Both the position numbers and the translations under genes were made by a program. Positions 1-8,924 of a stretch of DNA of 64,000 bases are shown here, piece after piece. This DNA is from a virus (lineage: Duplodnaviria > Heunggongvirae > Uroviricota > Caudoviricetes), in the IMG/VR virus record IMGVR_UViG_3300012286_000299, positions 109,277-173,276 of that record; one strand, 5' to 3'. How positions within the stretch are numbered: the first letter of the stretch is position 1; the number at the start of each line of letters is the position of its first letter. The notes beneath the pieces are model-generated. The model saw only the letters and a list, made by a program, of their open reading frames with translations, did not search any database and was not told the DNA's origin.

Positions 1-1
1 T

Positions 2-1111
2 GAATATGGTCGTGTTGATTCTTCAAGTACTAAACTAACTAAATCTATGTCACAATGGGGTTCTATCTACCGTGAAAAAACTAAAAAAGGTTACAAAGAT
101 ATAACTCATTTAGTTACTGAAAAGGTAGAAGATGATTCTACAGATGAAGTAGATGAAGTATTAGCAAAATTAGATGAAGCTAAAGTAAATGCTTTTCTAG
201 ATTTAATGCAAAAGTATACTGATGGGTTAGTTAAAAATACTTATTCGGTTACTTATAAAAGTGTAACAGTTGAGCAAGTTAAAAAAGCACAGGATATCTT
301 AAATGAATTCGATGACATTAATAAAAGCGATGAGAAGGCTGTAAACGAAAAGTTAATCGAGTTATACACTGTTATTCCCCGAAGAATGGGTAAGGTTGGT
401 GATTATTTATTACCAAGATTAGATTTAGATAAAGCCTTAGAAAAAGAACAAGATAACATTGACGCGATGTCTTCTAAAGTTCAAATGTACGAGCAAGAGA
501 AAGAAAACTCTAAACAAAATAAGGATAAAAAAGAGAAACCAAAACAAACAATGTTGGATGTTTTAGGATTATCTAAAATGGTTGAAACTAAATCTAATTC
601 TGATTTAAAGTACTTAATTGATCAAATTGGTGGTAGTAGAAGAGTTGAAGGTATATTTGAATTAGTTAAACCTGAAGAAGATAAATCATTTGATAAGTGG
701 ATGAGTGGGCAGAAAAATGTTCAAACACGAACTTTAATTCATGGAACTAGATGTTCATCAGTATTATCAATTCTTAAACAAGGTTTGAAAATCAGACCTT
801 CAGGTAACTTCCAATTTTCAGGTAAAGTATATGGGAATGGTAATTACTTCTCAGAAGTAGTACAAAAATCCTTAGGTTATACTGGATATGATAATGATAA
901 AATATTATTAGTATACGAAGTACATACAGGTAATCCATTTGTTTATGATGGTTGGTATAGAGGTAATTCATTTACTTTAGATTACAAAAACTTACAACAA
1001 CGTGGATTTGATTCAACTTACGTTAAAGCAGGTAATGGATTATTAAACAGTGAAATTATTGCCTATAAAGAGGAACAATGTAGAATTAAATATATAATTT
1101 GGTTAAAATAA
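2..1111 (+). CDS. PARP-like ADP-ribosyltransferase (catalytic domain at the C-terminus); the 5' end is probably upstream of the window
   Basis: The frame is open from nt 2, with no stop before the first in-window Met at 47. The C-terminus carries the PARP catalytic signature: TLIHGTRCSSVLSILKQGLKIRP (compare PARP1 [23 protein letters not shown]), GKVYGNGNYFSEVVQKS (donor-site Tyr loop) and LLVYEV (catalytic Glu), giving an H-Y-E triad. Confidence 0.75.
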   Translation, partial: EYGRVDSSSTKLTKSMSQWGSIYREKTKKGYKDITHLVTEKVEDDSTDEVDEVLAKLDEAKVNAFLDLMQKYTDGLVKNTYSVTYKSVTVEQVKKAQDILNEFDDINKSDEKAVNEKLIELYTVIPRRMGKVGDYLLPRLDLDKALEKEQDNIDAMSSKVQMYEQEKENSKQNKDKKEKPKQTMLDVLGLSKMVETKSNSDLKYLIDQIGGSRRVEGIFELVKPEEDKSFDKWMSGQKNVQTRTLIHGTRCSSVLSILKQGLKIRPSGNFQFSGKVYGNGNYFSEVVQKSLGYTGYDNDKILLVYEVHTGNPFVYDGWYRGNSFTLDYKNLQQRGFDSTYVKAGNGLLNSEIIAYKEEQCRIKYIIWLK

Positions 1112-1139
1112 TAAGAACTTAATAAAAACTATAAGTAAT

Positions 1140-1712
1140 ATGAAAACAAGTAAGATTAACAAAGTGTTTAAAGTAGCAAAAGGTTTGTGTAAAGCAAATA
1201 ACACAGTAACTACTCTAGAAATTAAAAATGAATTGAGAAAAAAATACTCAAAAAGAAATTGGAGACAAGATGAAATTTCTCAAGTTATGGCTGATTTCTA
1301 TTTAGAGGGTAAATTTGATTACTTAGATAATGGTACATTCAGAGTGTATTCATTAGCAGGCACTAACCCAACATCAGCTCCAGCTACACAATCTACTGTA
1401 GTAAATAAAGTTGCAAAAGTAAAAGCACCAAAAGCTCCATTAACTACACAAAGAATTTCACGTACTAAAGCTTTGGATGTTATTCAAAACTCAAATGGTA
1501 AATTCTTCACAGTAACTTTCATTAAAAAAGATGGTTCACAACGTGTAATGAATGGTCAACATACATCAGATATGGGAGTAAGTCCATTAGGTTATATTTT
1601 AGTAAAAGATATGACAGCGGTACGTAAAAAAGAAACTTCAACTGTTAAAAGTGTAAATTTACAAACTATCGAAAGCATTAAATTAAATAATGTGTTGTTT
1701 AAAGTAGATTAA
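1140..1712 (+). CDS. hypothetical basic, Lys-rich protein
   Basis: 190-aa ORF tightly spaced after the upstream gene and followed by a strong intrinsic terminator. Confidence 0.5.
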   Translation: MKTSKINKVFKVAKGLCKANNTVTTLEIKNELRKKYSKRNWRQDEISQVMADFYLEGKFDYLDNGTFRVYSLAGTNPTSAPATQSTVVNKVAKVKAPKAPLTTQRISRTKALDVIQNSNGKFFTVTFIKKDGSQRVMNGQHTSDMGVSPLGYILVKDMTAVRKKETSTVKSVNLQTIESIKLNNVLFKVD

Positions 1713-1732
1713 ATTTTAAAAATTATTCAAAG

Positions 1733-1759
1733 AGAGCTTGCTTACGCAAGCTCTTTTTC
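1733..1759 (+). terminator. rho-independent terminator
   Basis: Perfect hairpin agagcttgc-ttac-gcaagctct followed by a T5 run, which merges into the tcgtatatttaagtat promoter-like motif. Confidence 0.7.
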
Positions 1760-1790
1760 GTATATTTAAGTATATTAATTTAAAATAAAG
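1757..1790 (+). promoter_or_regulatory. conserved phage promoter-like element (ttcgtatatttaagtatatt...aaaggttATG)
   Basis: First of more than 30 copies of the same motif found about 15-35 nt upstream of ORF starts. Confidence 0.5.
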
Positions 1791-1793
1791 GTT

Positions 1794-2054
1794 ATGAAGT
1801 TTTTAAGATTTCTTTTTGGAGTTCTGATAATGCCTGTAATAGGTTGTTTAGAAATTTTTCTAGCAATAATGTTTCTATGTTGGGCATTTAGTGGATTTGG
1901 GTTAATTATGATAGCTATAGATTATACTGATCATAATCATCATTTTACTTGGGTAGGGTATAGTTTAATGGTTTTAGATGCTATAATATTAATACTGTTT
2001 CTATATGAGCATGTAACAAATGTTTACGAAAAAGTTTATAAAAATCAAAATTAA
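1794..2054 (+). CDS. small hydrophobic membrane protein
   Basis: 86-aa ORF with two or more predicted transmembrane helices (FLRFLFGVLIMPVIGCLEIFLAIMFLCWAF...), immediately downstream of the promoter motif. Confidence 0.5.
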   Translation: MKFLRFLFGVLIMPVIGCLEIFLAIMFLCWAFSGFGLIMIAIDYTDHNHHFTWVGYSLMVLDAIILILFLYEHVTNVYEKVYKNQN

Positions 2055-2059
2055 AAGTT

Positions 2060-2413
2060 ATGTTTAAAAAATTATTCGCTTACAAACCAACAGAGCAAGA
2101 ACAGCAGTTTATAGACATTGTTAAAGATTTATTAAATCATCCTGACACTGTAGTGAGAATGTCTTTTTATTCAAGAAAGTACTTTTTGACTAACGAGAAA
2201 AAGCATTACTATATGATGCTACAATGGCCAAATGTACAAGTAACTAATACTAAGTTTTCATTTTGTAAATCAATGCATCCAAAAGCATATGATATAATTT
2301 TAAAATTAGTACATGATTATATTGAAAAAGATCGTCAAGCGTTAGAAGATCATATTTTTGCAAACGAAAATAAAATGCTTGAACAAGTAAGAACTAAATT
2401 ACAATTAGCATAA
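2060..2413 (+). CDS. hypothetical protein
   Basis: 117-aa ORF; its stop overlaps the start of the next gene. Confidence 0.45.
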   Translation: MFKKLFAYKPTEQEQQFIDIVKDLLNHPDTVVRMSFYSRKYFLTNEKKHYYMMLQWPNVQVTNTKFSFCKSMHPKAYDIILKLVHDYIEKDRQALEDHIFANENKMLEQVRTKLQLA

Positions 2414-2652
2414 TGTATACAAAAAATATTTACATAGAAGGATTTTTAACTCGTAATGGGTTTAAAAAAATGAATGAAAATGATTTTGCTAATATGAAAT
2501 GTGTTGTAAAAGTTTTTCCCAAATATTATGAAATAGTATTTAATGATGATGAATTTGGGGAAATGACAATGTATACTGATAATATTTCAATACCTCAATT
2601 AGTAGGTATTTTAACTTGGCACGGTTTAATTGATAAAGATTACAATAAATAA
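2413..2652 (+). CDS. hypothetical protein
   Basis: 79-aa ORF in an ATAATG overlap chain. Confidence 0.4.
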   Translation: MYTKNIYIEGFLTRNGFKKMNENDFANMKCVVKVFPKYYEIVFNDDEFGEMTMYTDNISIPQLVGILTWHGLIDKDYNK

Positions 2653-2927
2653 TGAGAGTAAAACATAGTAAATTTAAAGATTGTGAATTTGTCGTTAGTG
2701 TTGATACTGATGGTAAAAGTTTTACATTAGTAAAAGATCCTTATCCGGCTTATGATGTTAAACCTGATTACTACATTTATTGGAGAAATATAGGAGAAGA
2801 TATTAGAACAGCAGGAAGAACATTATTACGTACTCCTTCAGGACGTAAAGTATCACAAAGTAGAGCTACTAAAATATTACATAATATGATAGCAGCATCA
2901 AAACAACTAACATTTAGCAAATTATAA
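2652..2927 (+). CDS. hypothetical protein
   Basis: 91-aa ORF in an overlap chain. Confidence 0.4.
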   Translation: MRVKHSKFKDCEFVVSVDTDGKSFTLVKDPYPAYDVKPDYYIYWRNIGEDIRTAGRTLLRTPSGRKVSQSRATKILHNMIAASKQLTFSKL

Positions 2928-3160
2928 TGGCAGCACTATCAGACAACAAATACGATGTATTTAATTGGATTATAAAAGTTTATGATTCATGTGAGAATGT
3001 ATCTCAAATAATAACAACAGAAAAATTAATTCGAAACTTTTATAAAATGTACGACGATTATACTTTGTATGATAAGTTACAGGACTATTATTTCGAAGTA
3101 TCAGAAAGACTACAACAAAAAGTAGATAAAAAGACTAGAAAACAAATACTAAAAGGATAA
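2927..3160 (+). CDS. hypothetical protein
   Basis: 77-aa ORF in an overlap chain. Confidence 0.4.
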   Translation: MAALSDNKYDVFNWIIKVYDSCENVSQIITTEKLIRNFYKMYDDYTLYDKLQDYYFEVSERLQQKVDKKTRKQILKG

Positions 3161-3163
3161 ATT

Positions 3164-3565
3164 ATGACATTTATACAGAAATACGTAGACTTTATCTTAG
3201 ATAACATCATACAGGATAATATAAGAGTTCAGCTTTACAAACCTTTTGAAGATGGTTCAAGAATGATTACAAAGATAGGACCTACAGTACATTGTAAAGT
3301 AAAGATTGAAGTAATTGAAAAGTATACACGATCTGCTAAACTAAAACTGACCTTTGATAAATACGAAATCGAAGAACTATTCTTCATACCTTTCAGCTCA
3401 AGTCCAGAATCAATTGAAGGTAAGACACGAACTAAAATTGAAAAGATCGTAAATCAAACTTTCATTGACGATAACAGAACTGAGGATATAAAGCAGATGT
3501 ACGAACAACAACACAAGTTATTAGGAGAAGCACTATCAAAAATAGTAGGTAAGAAAAAAATATGA
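3164..3565 (+). CDS. hypothetical protein
   Basis: 133-aa ORF. Confidence 0.45.
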   Translation: MTFIQKYVDFILDNIIQDNIRVQLYKPFEDGSRMITKIGPTVHCKVKIEVIEKYTRSAKLKLTFDKYEIEELFFIPFSSSPESIEGKTRTKIEKIVNQTFIDDNRTEDIKQMYEQQHKLLGEALSKIVGKKKI

Positions 3566-3912
3566 AGCTAGATAAACAACTCACAACATTAAATCAAGTT
3601 GCTGGTGCTATGTTTTTAGCCAACTCTAGATTTAAAACACAAGCCCATATATCTTCTCAAATGCTAAATCCTGAATGCAATGTAGATCATGAGGAAAGAG
3701 TTAGATATGAAATAATACAAAATCTATCAAAGCATGCAGTTGATACTTTCTCCAAAGAAATTAAAAAACAACAAGTACATGATGGAGAAGTACATTCACT
3801 TGAATTATTTATATTTCCAACTGAAGCATTAAAACTAGCAGTAGAGTACATTATTTCAGAAATGCCACAATCAGAAATAGACAGAATAAGAACAACACCA
3901 ATTTTTATTTAA
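3562..3912 (+). CDS. hypothetical protein
   Basis: 116-aa ORF with an ATGA start/stop overlap. Confidence 0.45.
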   Translation: MKLDKQLTTLNQVAGAMFLANSRFKTQAHISSQMLNPECNVDHEERVRYEIIQNLSKHAVDTFSKEIKKQQVHDGEVHSLELFIFPTEALKLAVEYIISEMPQSEIDRIRTTPIFI

Positions 3913-4002
3913 GATTAAGTAAAATAAAATGGAAAAAGTTTGCTTATTTAGATTTTTCTTCGTATATTTAAGTATTATAAATTTAAAAAATAAATAAAAA
4001 TT

Positions 4003-4953
4003 ATGAAAAACATACACATAATACCAACTACAAAGTCAAATAAGTTGTATAAAAATCTATTAACAGATAAATTATTTATTTTAGAAAATTCATTTATGGA
4101 TGTTTCTGAATGTAATAGAGAATATCAAAACATCTACATCACTTCTGATGAAGAAATTAAAGAAGGAGATTATGGATTAATAGTAAATGAAGTATTATCA
4201 TATAGTCAAATGCACAAAAAATGGGGTATACCACAAGGTAAAAAAATCATTCTAACAACAGACCAAGACTTAATCAAAGATGGTGTACAACCTATTGATG
4301 ATGAGTTTTTAGAATGGTTTGTTAATAATCCAAGTTGTGAAAGTGTTGAGATTGAAGAATTATGTGGTGGATGTGGCAGTAATGATGGGGACTGTTGGAG
4401 AAGTAAAGAGTGTAATAAAGGGTATTATAAAAATAAATACAAAATAATCATTTCAAAAAAAGAACCTAAACAAGACATAAACACTTGTAAAAACTTTGAT
4501 AGAGAAATTGGTTGTGATTTAGCAGATTGTCTTTGTGAAAAAGAAGAACCTACTCAAGAACTAGCTAAAACAGAAATTGATTGGTCAGGTTTTCCAAAAT
4601 CAACACAAGAACAAGTTGGTTTTACTGAACCAAATATCATTGATGAATGGTTAGATAAAAATGGTAGTCCAGAAATTGCTAAACAAGTTGATGAAGAAGC
4701 AAAAGAGTTATGTGAACAAGAAACACTTGAAGAAGCTTTGGAAAGATTATCTTTAACAGATACTAAAAAATTAAGTATATTTTTAGATGGAATGAGGTAT
4801 CAACAAGAAAGAAGTTATAGTGAGGAAGAAGTTAAAATAATGTACAGAAGTTTATGGACTCCGAAGGATTTTGGGTTTTATAGTTCTTATGAAATGGAAA
4901 GTAATTTTGAAGACGATTTTAATTTATGGTTTGAACAATTTAAAAAGAAATAA
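4003..4953 (+). CDS. hypothetical protein, paralog A, with a Cys-rich insert
   Basis: 316-aa ORF behind the promoter motif at about 3955-3975. Its N-terminal 60 aa and the blocks KKIILTTDQDL, DEFLEWF and EEPTQEL.KTEIDWSG are shared with ORF 5706..6194. It carries an extra CGGCGSNDGDCWRSKEC cluster. Confidence 0.55.
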   Translation: MKNIHIIPTTKSNKLYKNLLTDKLFILENSFMDVSECNREYQNIYITSDEEIKEGDYGLIVNEVLSYSQMHKKWGIPQGKKIILTTDQDLIKDGVQPIDDEFLEWFVNNPSCESVEIEELCGGCGSNDGDCWRSKECNKGYYKNKYKIIISKKEPKQDINTCKNFDREIGCDLADCLCEKEEPTQELAKTEIDWSGFPKSTQEQVGFTEPNIIDEWLDKNGSPEIAKQVDEEAKELCEQETLEEALERLSLTDTKKLSIFLDGMRYQQERSYSEEEVKIMYRSLWTPKDFGFYSSYEMESNFEDDFNLWFEQFKKK

Positions 4954-4954
4954 G

Positions 4955-5191
4955 ATGAAACAAACAGCAGTAGAATATTTAGAAAAAGAATTTAATACGT
5001 ATGGAACATTATTAAATGCTGATTTTATAAACGCAAAAGCAATGGAAAAGCAACAACAAGGCTATAGTGAAAATGAAGTTGAATTAATTGCTAATGAAAT
5101 GGTAAATTGGGCTATTGATAATATTGGTAATCCAAACCCTCAAAGTGGTAAAAAGTTTGATGAAGTTTTGGCTAAATATAAAAACAAATAA
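4955..5191 (+). CDS. hypothetical protein
   Basis: The track ORF 4871..5191 overlaps the upstream gene. The first ATG after the upstream stop (4955, MKQTAVEYLEKEF...) is the more likely start. Confidence 0.4.
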   Translation: MKQTAVEYLEKEFNTYGTLLNADFINAKAMEKQQQGYSENEVELIANEMVNWAIDNIGNPNPQSGKKFDEVLAKYKNK

Positions 5192-5196
5192 AAATT

Positions 5197-5547
5197 ATGA
5201 AAACAGAAATTGCAGAATTAGAAATTAACCAACTAAAATCAGAAGGATTAAATTTTGATTATGAGTTTACACAAAAAAATTATCTTAATTACTTAAACTT
5301 GTGTATTGAAAAAGAAGGTTATGATATAAAAACAATTATATCAAAATTAAAACAAAATGAGAAAATTATTTTTTCACTTAATTTAGGTGATAACTTCAAT
5401 GGTTCAAAAGACCAAAAAAAAGGTAGCATTTATTGGAAACACCCACAATATGGTTTGTGCATTAGAGTTCAGTCAAGTGAAAAAAGTTTACAAGAATGGT
5501 CTTATGAATTAGAAAAAACATTTTCCTTAACTCCTTCTAACATATAA
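5197..5547 (+). CDS. hypothetical protein
   Basis: 116-aa ORF. Confidence 0.45.
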   Translation: MKTEIAELEINQLKSEGLNFDYEFTQKNYLNYLNLCIEKEGYDIKTIISKLKQNEKIIFSLNLGDNFNGSKDQKKGSIYWKHPQYGLCIRVQSSEKSLQEWSYELEKTFSLTPSNI

Positions 5548-5705
5548 AAACAAATAAAATGAATAAACAAAATTTTTTTTTATCCTAAGAAAAATAATTG
5601 GGATATTGGGTGGCCTTGCTCTCCAAGATTTTTTAGTCTTTTAGTTTTAGGTATGACAGTGGTGATTTTAATATTAACTAATAACTTTTAAAAATAAATA
5701 AGATT

Positions 5706-6194
5706 ATGAAAAACATACACATATTATCAACAGATAAACCAAGTAGGTTGTATAGAAATCTATTAACAGACAAATTATTCATTTTAGAAAATTCAGTTAT
5801 GGATGTTTCTGAATGTAATAGAGAATACCAAAACATCTACATCACTAATGATGAAGAAATTAAAGATGGTGATTGGTTTTTAACTCCGATGAATGATTTA
5901 GAATATGCAAATAAGGAATGGATAATTACTATTTCAAAATTTATACCTAAAACTAATTTTAAAAAAATCATCCTAACAACAGACCAAGATTTAGATGGAA
6001 TACAAGCTATTGATTATGAGTTTTTAGAATGGTTTTGTAAAAATAGTAGTTGTGAGTTTGTTGAGGTTCAAAAAGGATTTGCTGATGGAAGTAATTATGG
6101 TTATAACTTTCTTGATTACAAAATAATCATTACAAAAGAAGAACCTACTCAAGAACTTCCTAAAACAGAAATTGATTGGTCAGGACAAAACTAG
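5706..6194 (+). CDS. hypothetical protein, paralog B (shorter copy of 4003..4953)
   Basis: 162 aa. About 70% identical at the N-terminus to 4003..4953 and ending right after the shared TEIDWSG block. It lacks the Cys-rich insert and the C-terminal extension. Confidence 0.5.
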   Translation: MKNIHILSTDKPSRLYRNLLTDKLFILENSVMDVSECNREYQNIYITNDEEIKDGDWFLTPMNDLEYANKEWIITISKFIPKTNFKKIILTTDQDLDGIQAIDYEFLEWFCKNSSCEFVEVQKGFADGSNYGYNFLDYKIIITKEEPTQELPKTEIDWSGQN

Positions 6195-6273
6195 CAGCTG
6201 TACACTTAGGATGTGATCCATCAACAATTACAGCTAATTTAAGAGGAATAACAAAAAAAGGATTCGGTTATAT

Positions 6274-7509
6274 ATGGAAAAGAAAAACAACATAGATTCT
6301 CAGTATATTAAGCTACTAGAGGATATTTTAGAAAATGGTATTAAAAAACAAACAAGAAATGGTGAAACTATTTCAGTATTCGGAAGACAAATACGTCACG
6401 ATATGAAAGACGGTTTTCCGTTGCTTACAACCAAGAAAATGCCGTTCAAAACAATCGTAACAGAACTTCTTTGGTTCTTACGAGGTGATACCAATATTAA
6501 GTATTTGGTTGATAATAATTGTCATATTTGGGATGGTGATGCTTATAAGAATTATATAAATACCGCACCACCTACATTAGATGGGAAGTATTTATCACAA
6601 CCAGAATTTATTCATTGGATAAAAACAGATGATGAGTTTGCTAAGAAGTGGGGTGAGTTAGGTCCAATTTACGGTAAGCAATGGAGAGATATTCCTGTAA
6701 TAAAAGATGGAGATGTAGAAGGTCATAAGATATTAAGTAGTATAGACCAAATCCAAAACCTAATCAACGACCTTAAAACAAATCCAGACTCAAGACGATT
6801 AATGGTTAATGCTTGGAATGTTGGAGAATTAGACCAAATGGTTCTTCCACCTTGTCATTATGGATTTCAAGTTTATACTAGAGAGTTGACTAAACAGGAA
6901 CGTTGGATGGCTTATTGTAATAAATGTAATGAATTAAAAACAGAATCAATTATAGGTTCTACCGATGATAAAGTAATGGAAAGTTATTATCAAGAATATA
7001 ACATACCAACACGAGCAATCTCTTTAATGTGGAATCAACGTTCAGTGGATACATTCTTAGGTTTACCATTTAATATTGCTTCTTATGGATTGTTGTTGGA
7101 AATCATTGCTGAAATCGTTAACATGGTTCCTGACCAATTGATTGGTAATCTTGGTGATACACACTTGTATTCAAATCATATTGAACAAGCAAAAGAACAG
7201 ATTGGAAGAGAGCTTAATGAAGATGAGAGATATGAATTAGTAACCCAGCAAATGAGTAAACTAAGAGCGATCAGAGATGAAGATTACATTAATTACAATA
7301 TTCCAACTAGAACAAGACAACCTTATTCTTTACCTAAAGTAAGAATCAATACTGAATTCTGGAACCCTGGTACAGAAGATGGATGTGGAATGGGACCAGG
7401 AACTTATACAAAAGATATAGGTGCTCTTGTAGAAGGAATGGAAGTAAATGATTTTCAAATTGAGGATTATCAATCACATCCAACAATCAAAGCACCCTTA
7501 TCAAATTAA
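6274..7509 (+). CDS. thymidylate synthase (ThyA) family enzyme with two large insertions (TS, or dUMP hydroxymethylase-type)
   Basis: ThyA motifs are present: LWFLRGDTN, GPIYGKQWR, SRRLMVNAWNVGEL..LPPCH (active-site Cys), QRSVDTFLGLPFNIASY (Asn, hence dUMP-type) and GDTHLYSNHIEQAKEQ, with a ThyA-like C-terminus DFQIEDYQSHPTIKA. It is 411 aa against about 265 aa for ThyA, because of inserts of about 45 aa and about 60 aa. Confidence 0.75.
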   Translation: MEKKNNIDSQYIKLLEDILENGIKKQTRNGETISVFGRQIRHDMKDGFPLLTTKKMPFKTIVTELLWFLRGDTNIKYLVDNNCHIWDGDAYKNYINTAPPTLDGKYLSQPEFIHWIKTDDEFAKKWGELGPIYGKQWRDIPVIKDGDVEGHKILSSIDQIQNLINDLKTNPDSRRLMVNAWNVGELDQMVLPPCHYGFQVYTRELTKQERWMAYCNKCNELKTESIIGSTDDKVMESYYQEYNIPTRAISLMWNQRSVDTFLGLPFNIASYGLLLEIIAEIVNMVPDQLIGNLGDTHLYSNHIEQAKEQIGRELNEDERYELVTQQMSKLRAIRDEDYINYNIPTRTRQPYSLPKVRINTEFWNPGTEDGCGMGPGTYTKDIGALVEGMEVNDFQIEDYQSHPTIKAPLSN

Positions 7510-7513
7510 AAAT

Positions 7514-7735
7514 ATGACACGAACTGAAATACACCCAAACACTTTTATATTTAGTGAAATACATGAATTAGAACCAGTTTCTTTAGAAATGGTGGTTGTG
7601 GATAAACAAGATGTTGTGTTATTTGACCATAAACAAGCAGCAGAACAGTTTTTAAATACTTTCCATGAAAAAGTTTGTGATTATTTTTTAATAGAACTAG
7701 TTGAAATAATTCAACAAACTAGATTAAATAAGTAA
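7514..7735 (+). CDS. hypothetical protein
   Basis: The track ORF 7448..7735 overlaps the thyA-like gene. The ATG at 7514 (MTRTEIHPNT...) follows the upstream stop. Confidence 0.4.
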   Translation: MTRTEIHPNTFIFSEIHELEPVSLEMVVVDKQDVVLFDHKQAAEQFLNTFHEKVCDYFLIELVEIIQQTRLNK

Positions 7736-7740
7736 TTAAT

Positions 7741-8079
7741 ATGAATTTTATAATAGGGTTTTTATTAGGTTTATTGGCACAAGTATTAACTTTTATACAA
7801 TTACAAGGTCAATTCAAGTTTACTTGGATGAGAGAAAATCCATTTTTTGTAGCATTATTAGGATTACCCATTTCTTATTTATTAATTAAATCTGTTAATA
7901 GATTAGTAATACACTTTGATGGTCAATTATGGCCATCAAGGTTAATGGGTTTTTCAATAGGAGCAATAGTTTTTACTTTAATGTCACGTTGGTTATTTAA
8001 TGAACCCTTTACTTTAAAAACTGTTGTTTGTTTAACATTAGCATTTTGCATATTAATGATTCAATTATTTTGGAAATGA
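7741..8079 (+). CDS. small membrane protein
   Basis: 112 aa with three or four hydrophobic helices. Confidence 0.45.
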   Translation: MNFIIGFLLGLLAQVLTFIQLQGQFKFTWMRENPFFVALLGLPISYLLIKSVNRLVIHFDGQLWPSRLMGFSIGAIVFTLMSRWLFNEPFTLKTVVCLTLAFCILMIQLFWK

Positions 8080-8378
8080 AAAATTTAGAAACATGTCACC
8101 ATTGTGGTGAAGAAAAAGAAAACTGTTATCATGGATTTATAGCAATGACTCTTCCAATTCCTGAAGCAGAAGCTAAAAAGGAAAAATGGGGAGGGAAAGA
8201 ATGGTGGAAAAATTTAGAAAGAACAGATCTTACTAAAGAAGAGATGGAAGAGTTAGATGGACTTTGTACGTATGACCAACTACTAAATACAGTTGGAAGA
8301 GGAGTGCAGTGTGATGATTGTGGAAAAAGAGAAGCAGAACTTTATGAAATATATTATCCAAAAAGTTTGGAATCTTAA
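8076..8378 (+). CDS. small zinc-binding protein (two C-x2-C pairs)
   Basis: ATGA overlap with the upstream stop; CHHCGEEKENC...CDDCGKRE. Confidence 0.4.
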   Translation: MKNLETCHHCGEEKENCYHGFIAMTLPIPEAEAKKEKWGGKEWWKNLERTDLTKEEMEELDGLCTYDQLLNTVGRGVQCDDCGKREAELYEIYYPKSLES

Positions 8379-8413
8379 AATAAATTTTGTATATTAAATA
8401 AAAAATAAAAGTT

Positions 8414-8590
8414 ATGTTTGATACAATTTTAAAATGGTGGAACAGAAAGTGGAGTAATTGGGAACTTGATACTCCTGATTGTAAAGTATTTAATGATGAT
8501 TCATCAAAACGGCCTTGGCAGATCTACGATAGATTTAAACGTACATCTAATGATGGGTTAGTAGAGTATAAAAAAGTTATTAAATCATGA
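8414..8590 (+). CDS. hypothetical small protein
   Basis: 58-aa ORF filling a gap, with an aaaagttATG leader. Coordinates approximate to 1 nt. Confidence 0.3.
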   Translation: MFDTILKWWNRKWSNWELDTPDCKVFNDDSSKRPWQIYDRFKRTSNDGLVEYKKVIKS

Positions 8591-8763
8591 GACAAATAAA
8601 CGACCATATGAAAGACGTAGTAGGTATCGAACCCGTACAAAAACCACAACAACCACAACCTTCATTCAATCCTTTAAAATGGAATTGGACAGCAATTATT
8701 ACATGGGCAATAATGGGATTTATTGCTTTCAATATTTTTAAATACTTATTTAGTTTAATATGA
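8587..8763 (+). CDS. hypothetical small membrane protein
   Basis: 58-aa ORF with ATGA coupling and a C-terminal transmembrane helix (WNWTAIITWAIMGFIAFNIFKYLFSLI). Confidence 0.3.
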   Translation: MRQINDHMKDVVGIEPVQKPQQPQPSFNPLKWNWTAIITWAIMGFIAFNIFKYLFSLI

Positions 8764-8924
8764 GATCATTTTACGTTATTGCATTAGCAATTATTTTATT
8801 ACCTATACCTTATTTTACAGGATTACCACAATGGTTAGCTTTAATACCAACTGCTTATTTGGTTTGGATATTTATAACCTCTTCTTGGTATGCTATTAAA
8901 CGTACATTCTTTAACAAAGACTAA
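8760..8924 (+). CDS. hypothetical small membrane protein
   Basis: 54-aa ORF with two hydrophobic helices, ATGA/TAATG coupled to its neighbours. Confidence 0.3.
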   Translation: MRSFYVIALAIILLPIPYFTGLPQWLALIPTAYLVWIFITSSWYAIKRTFFNKD

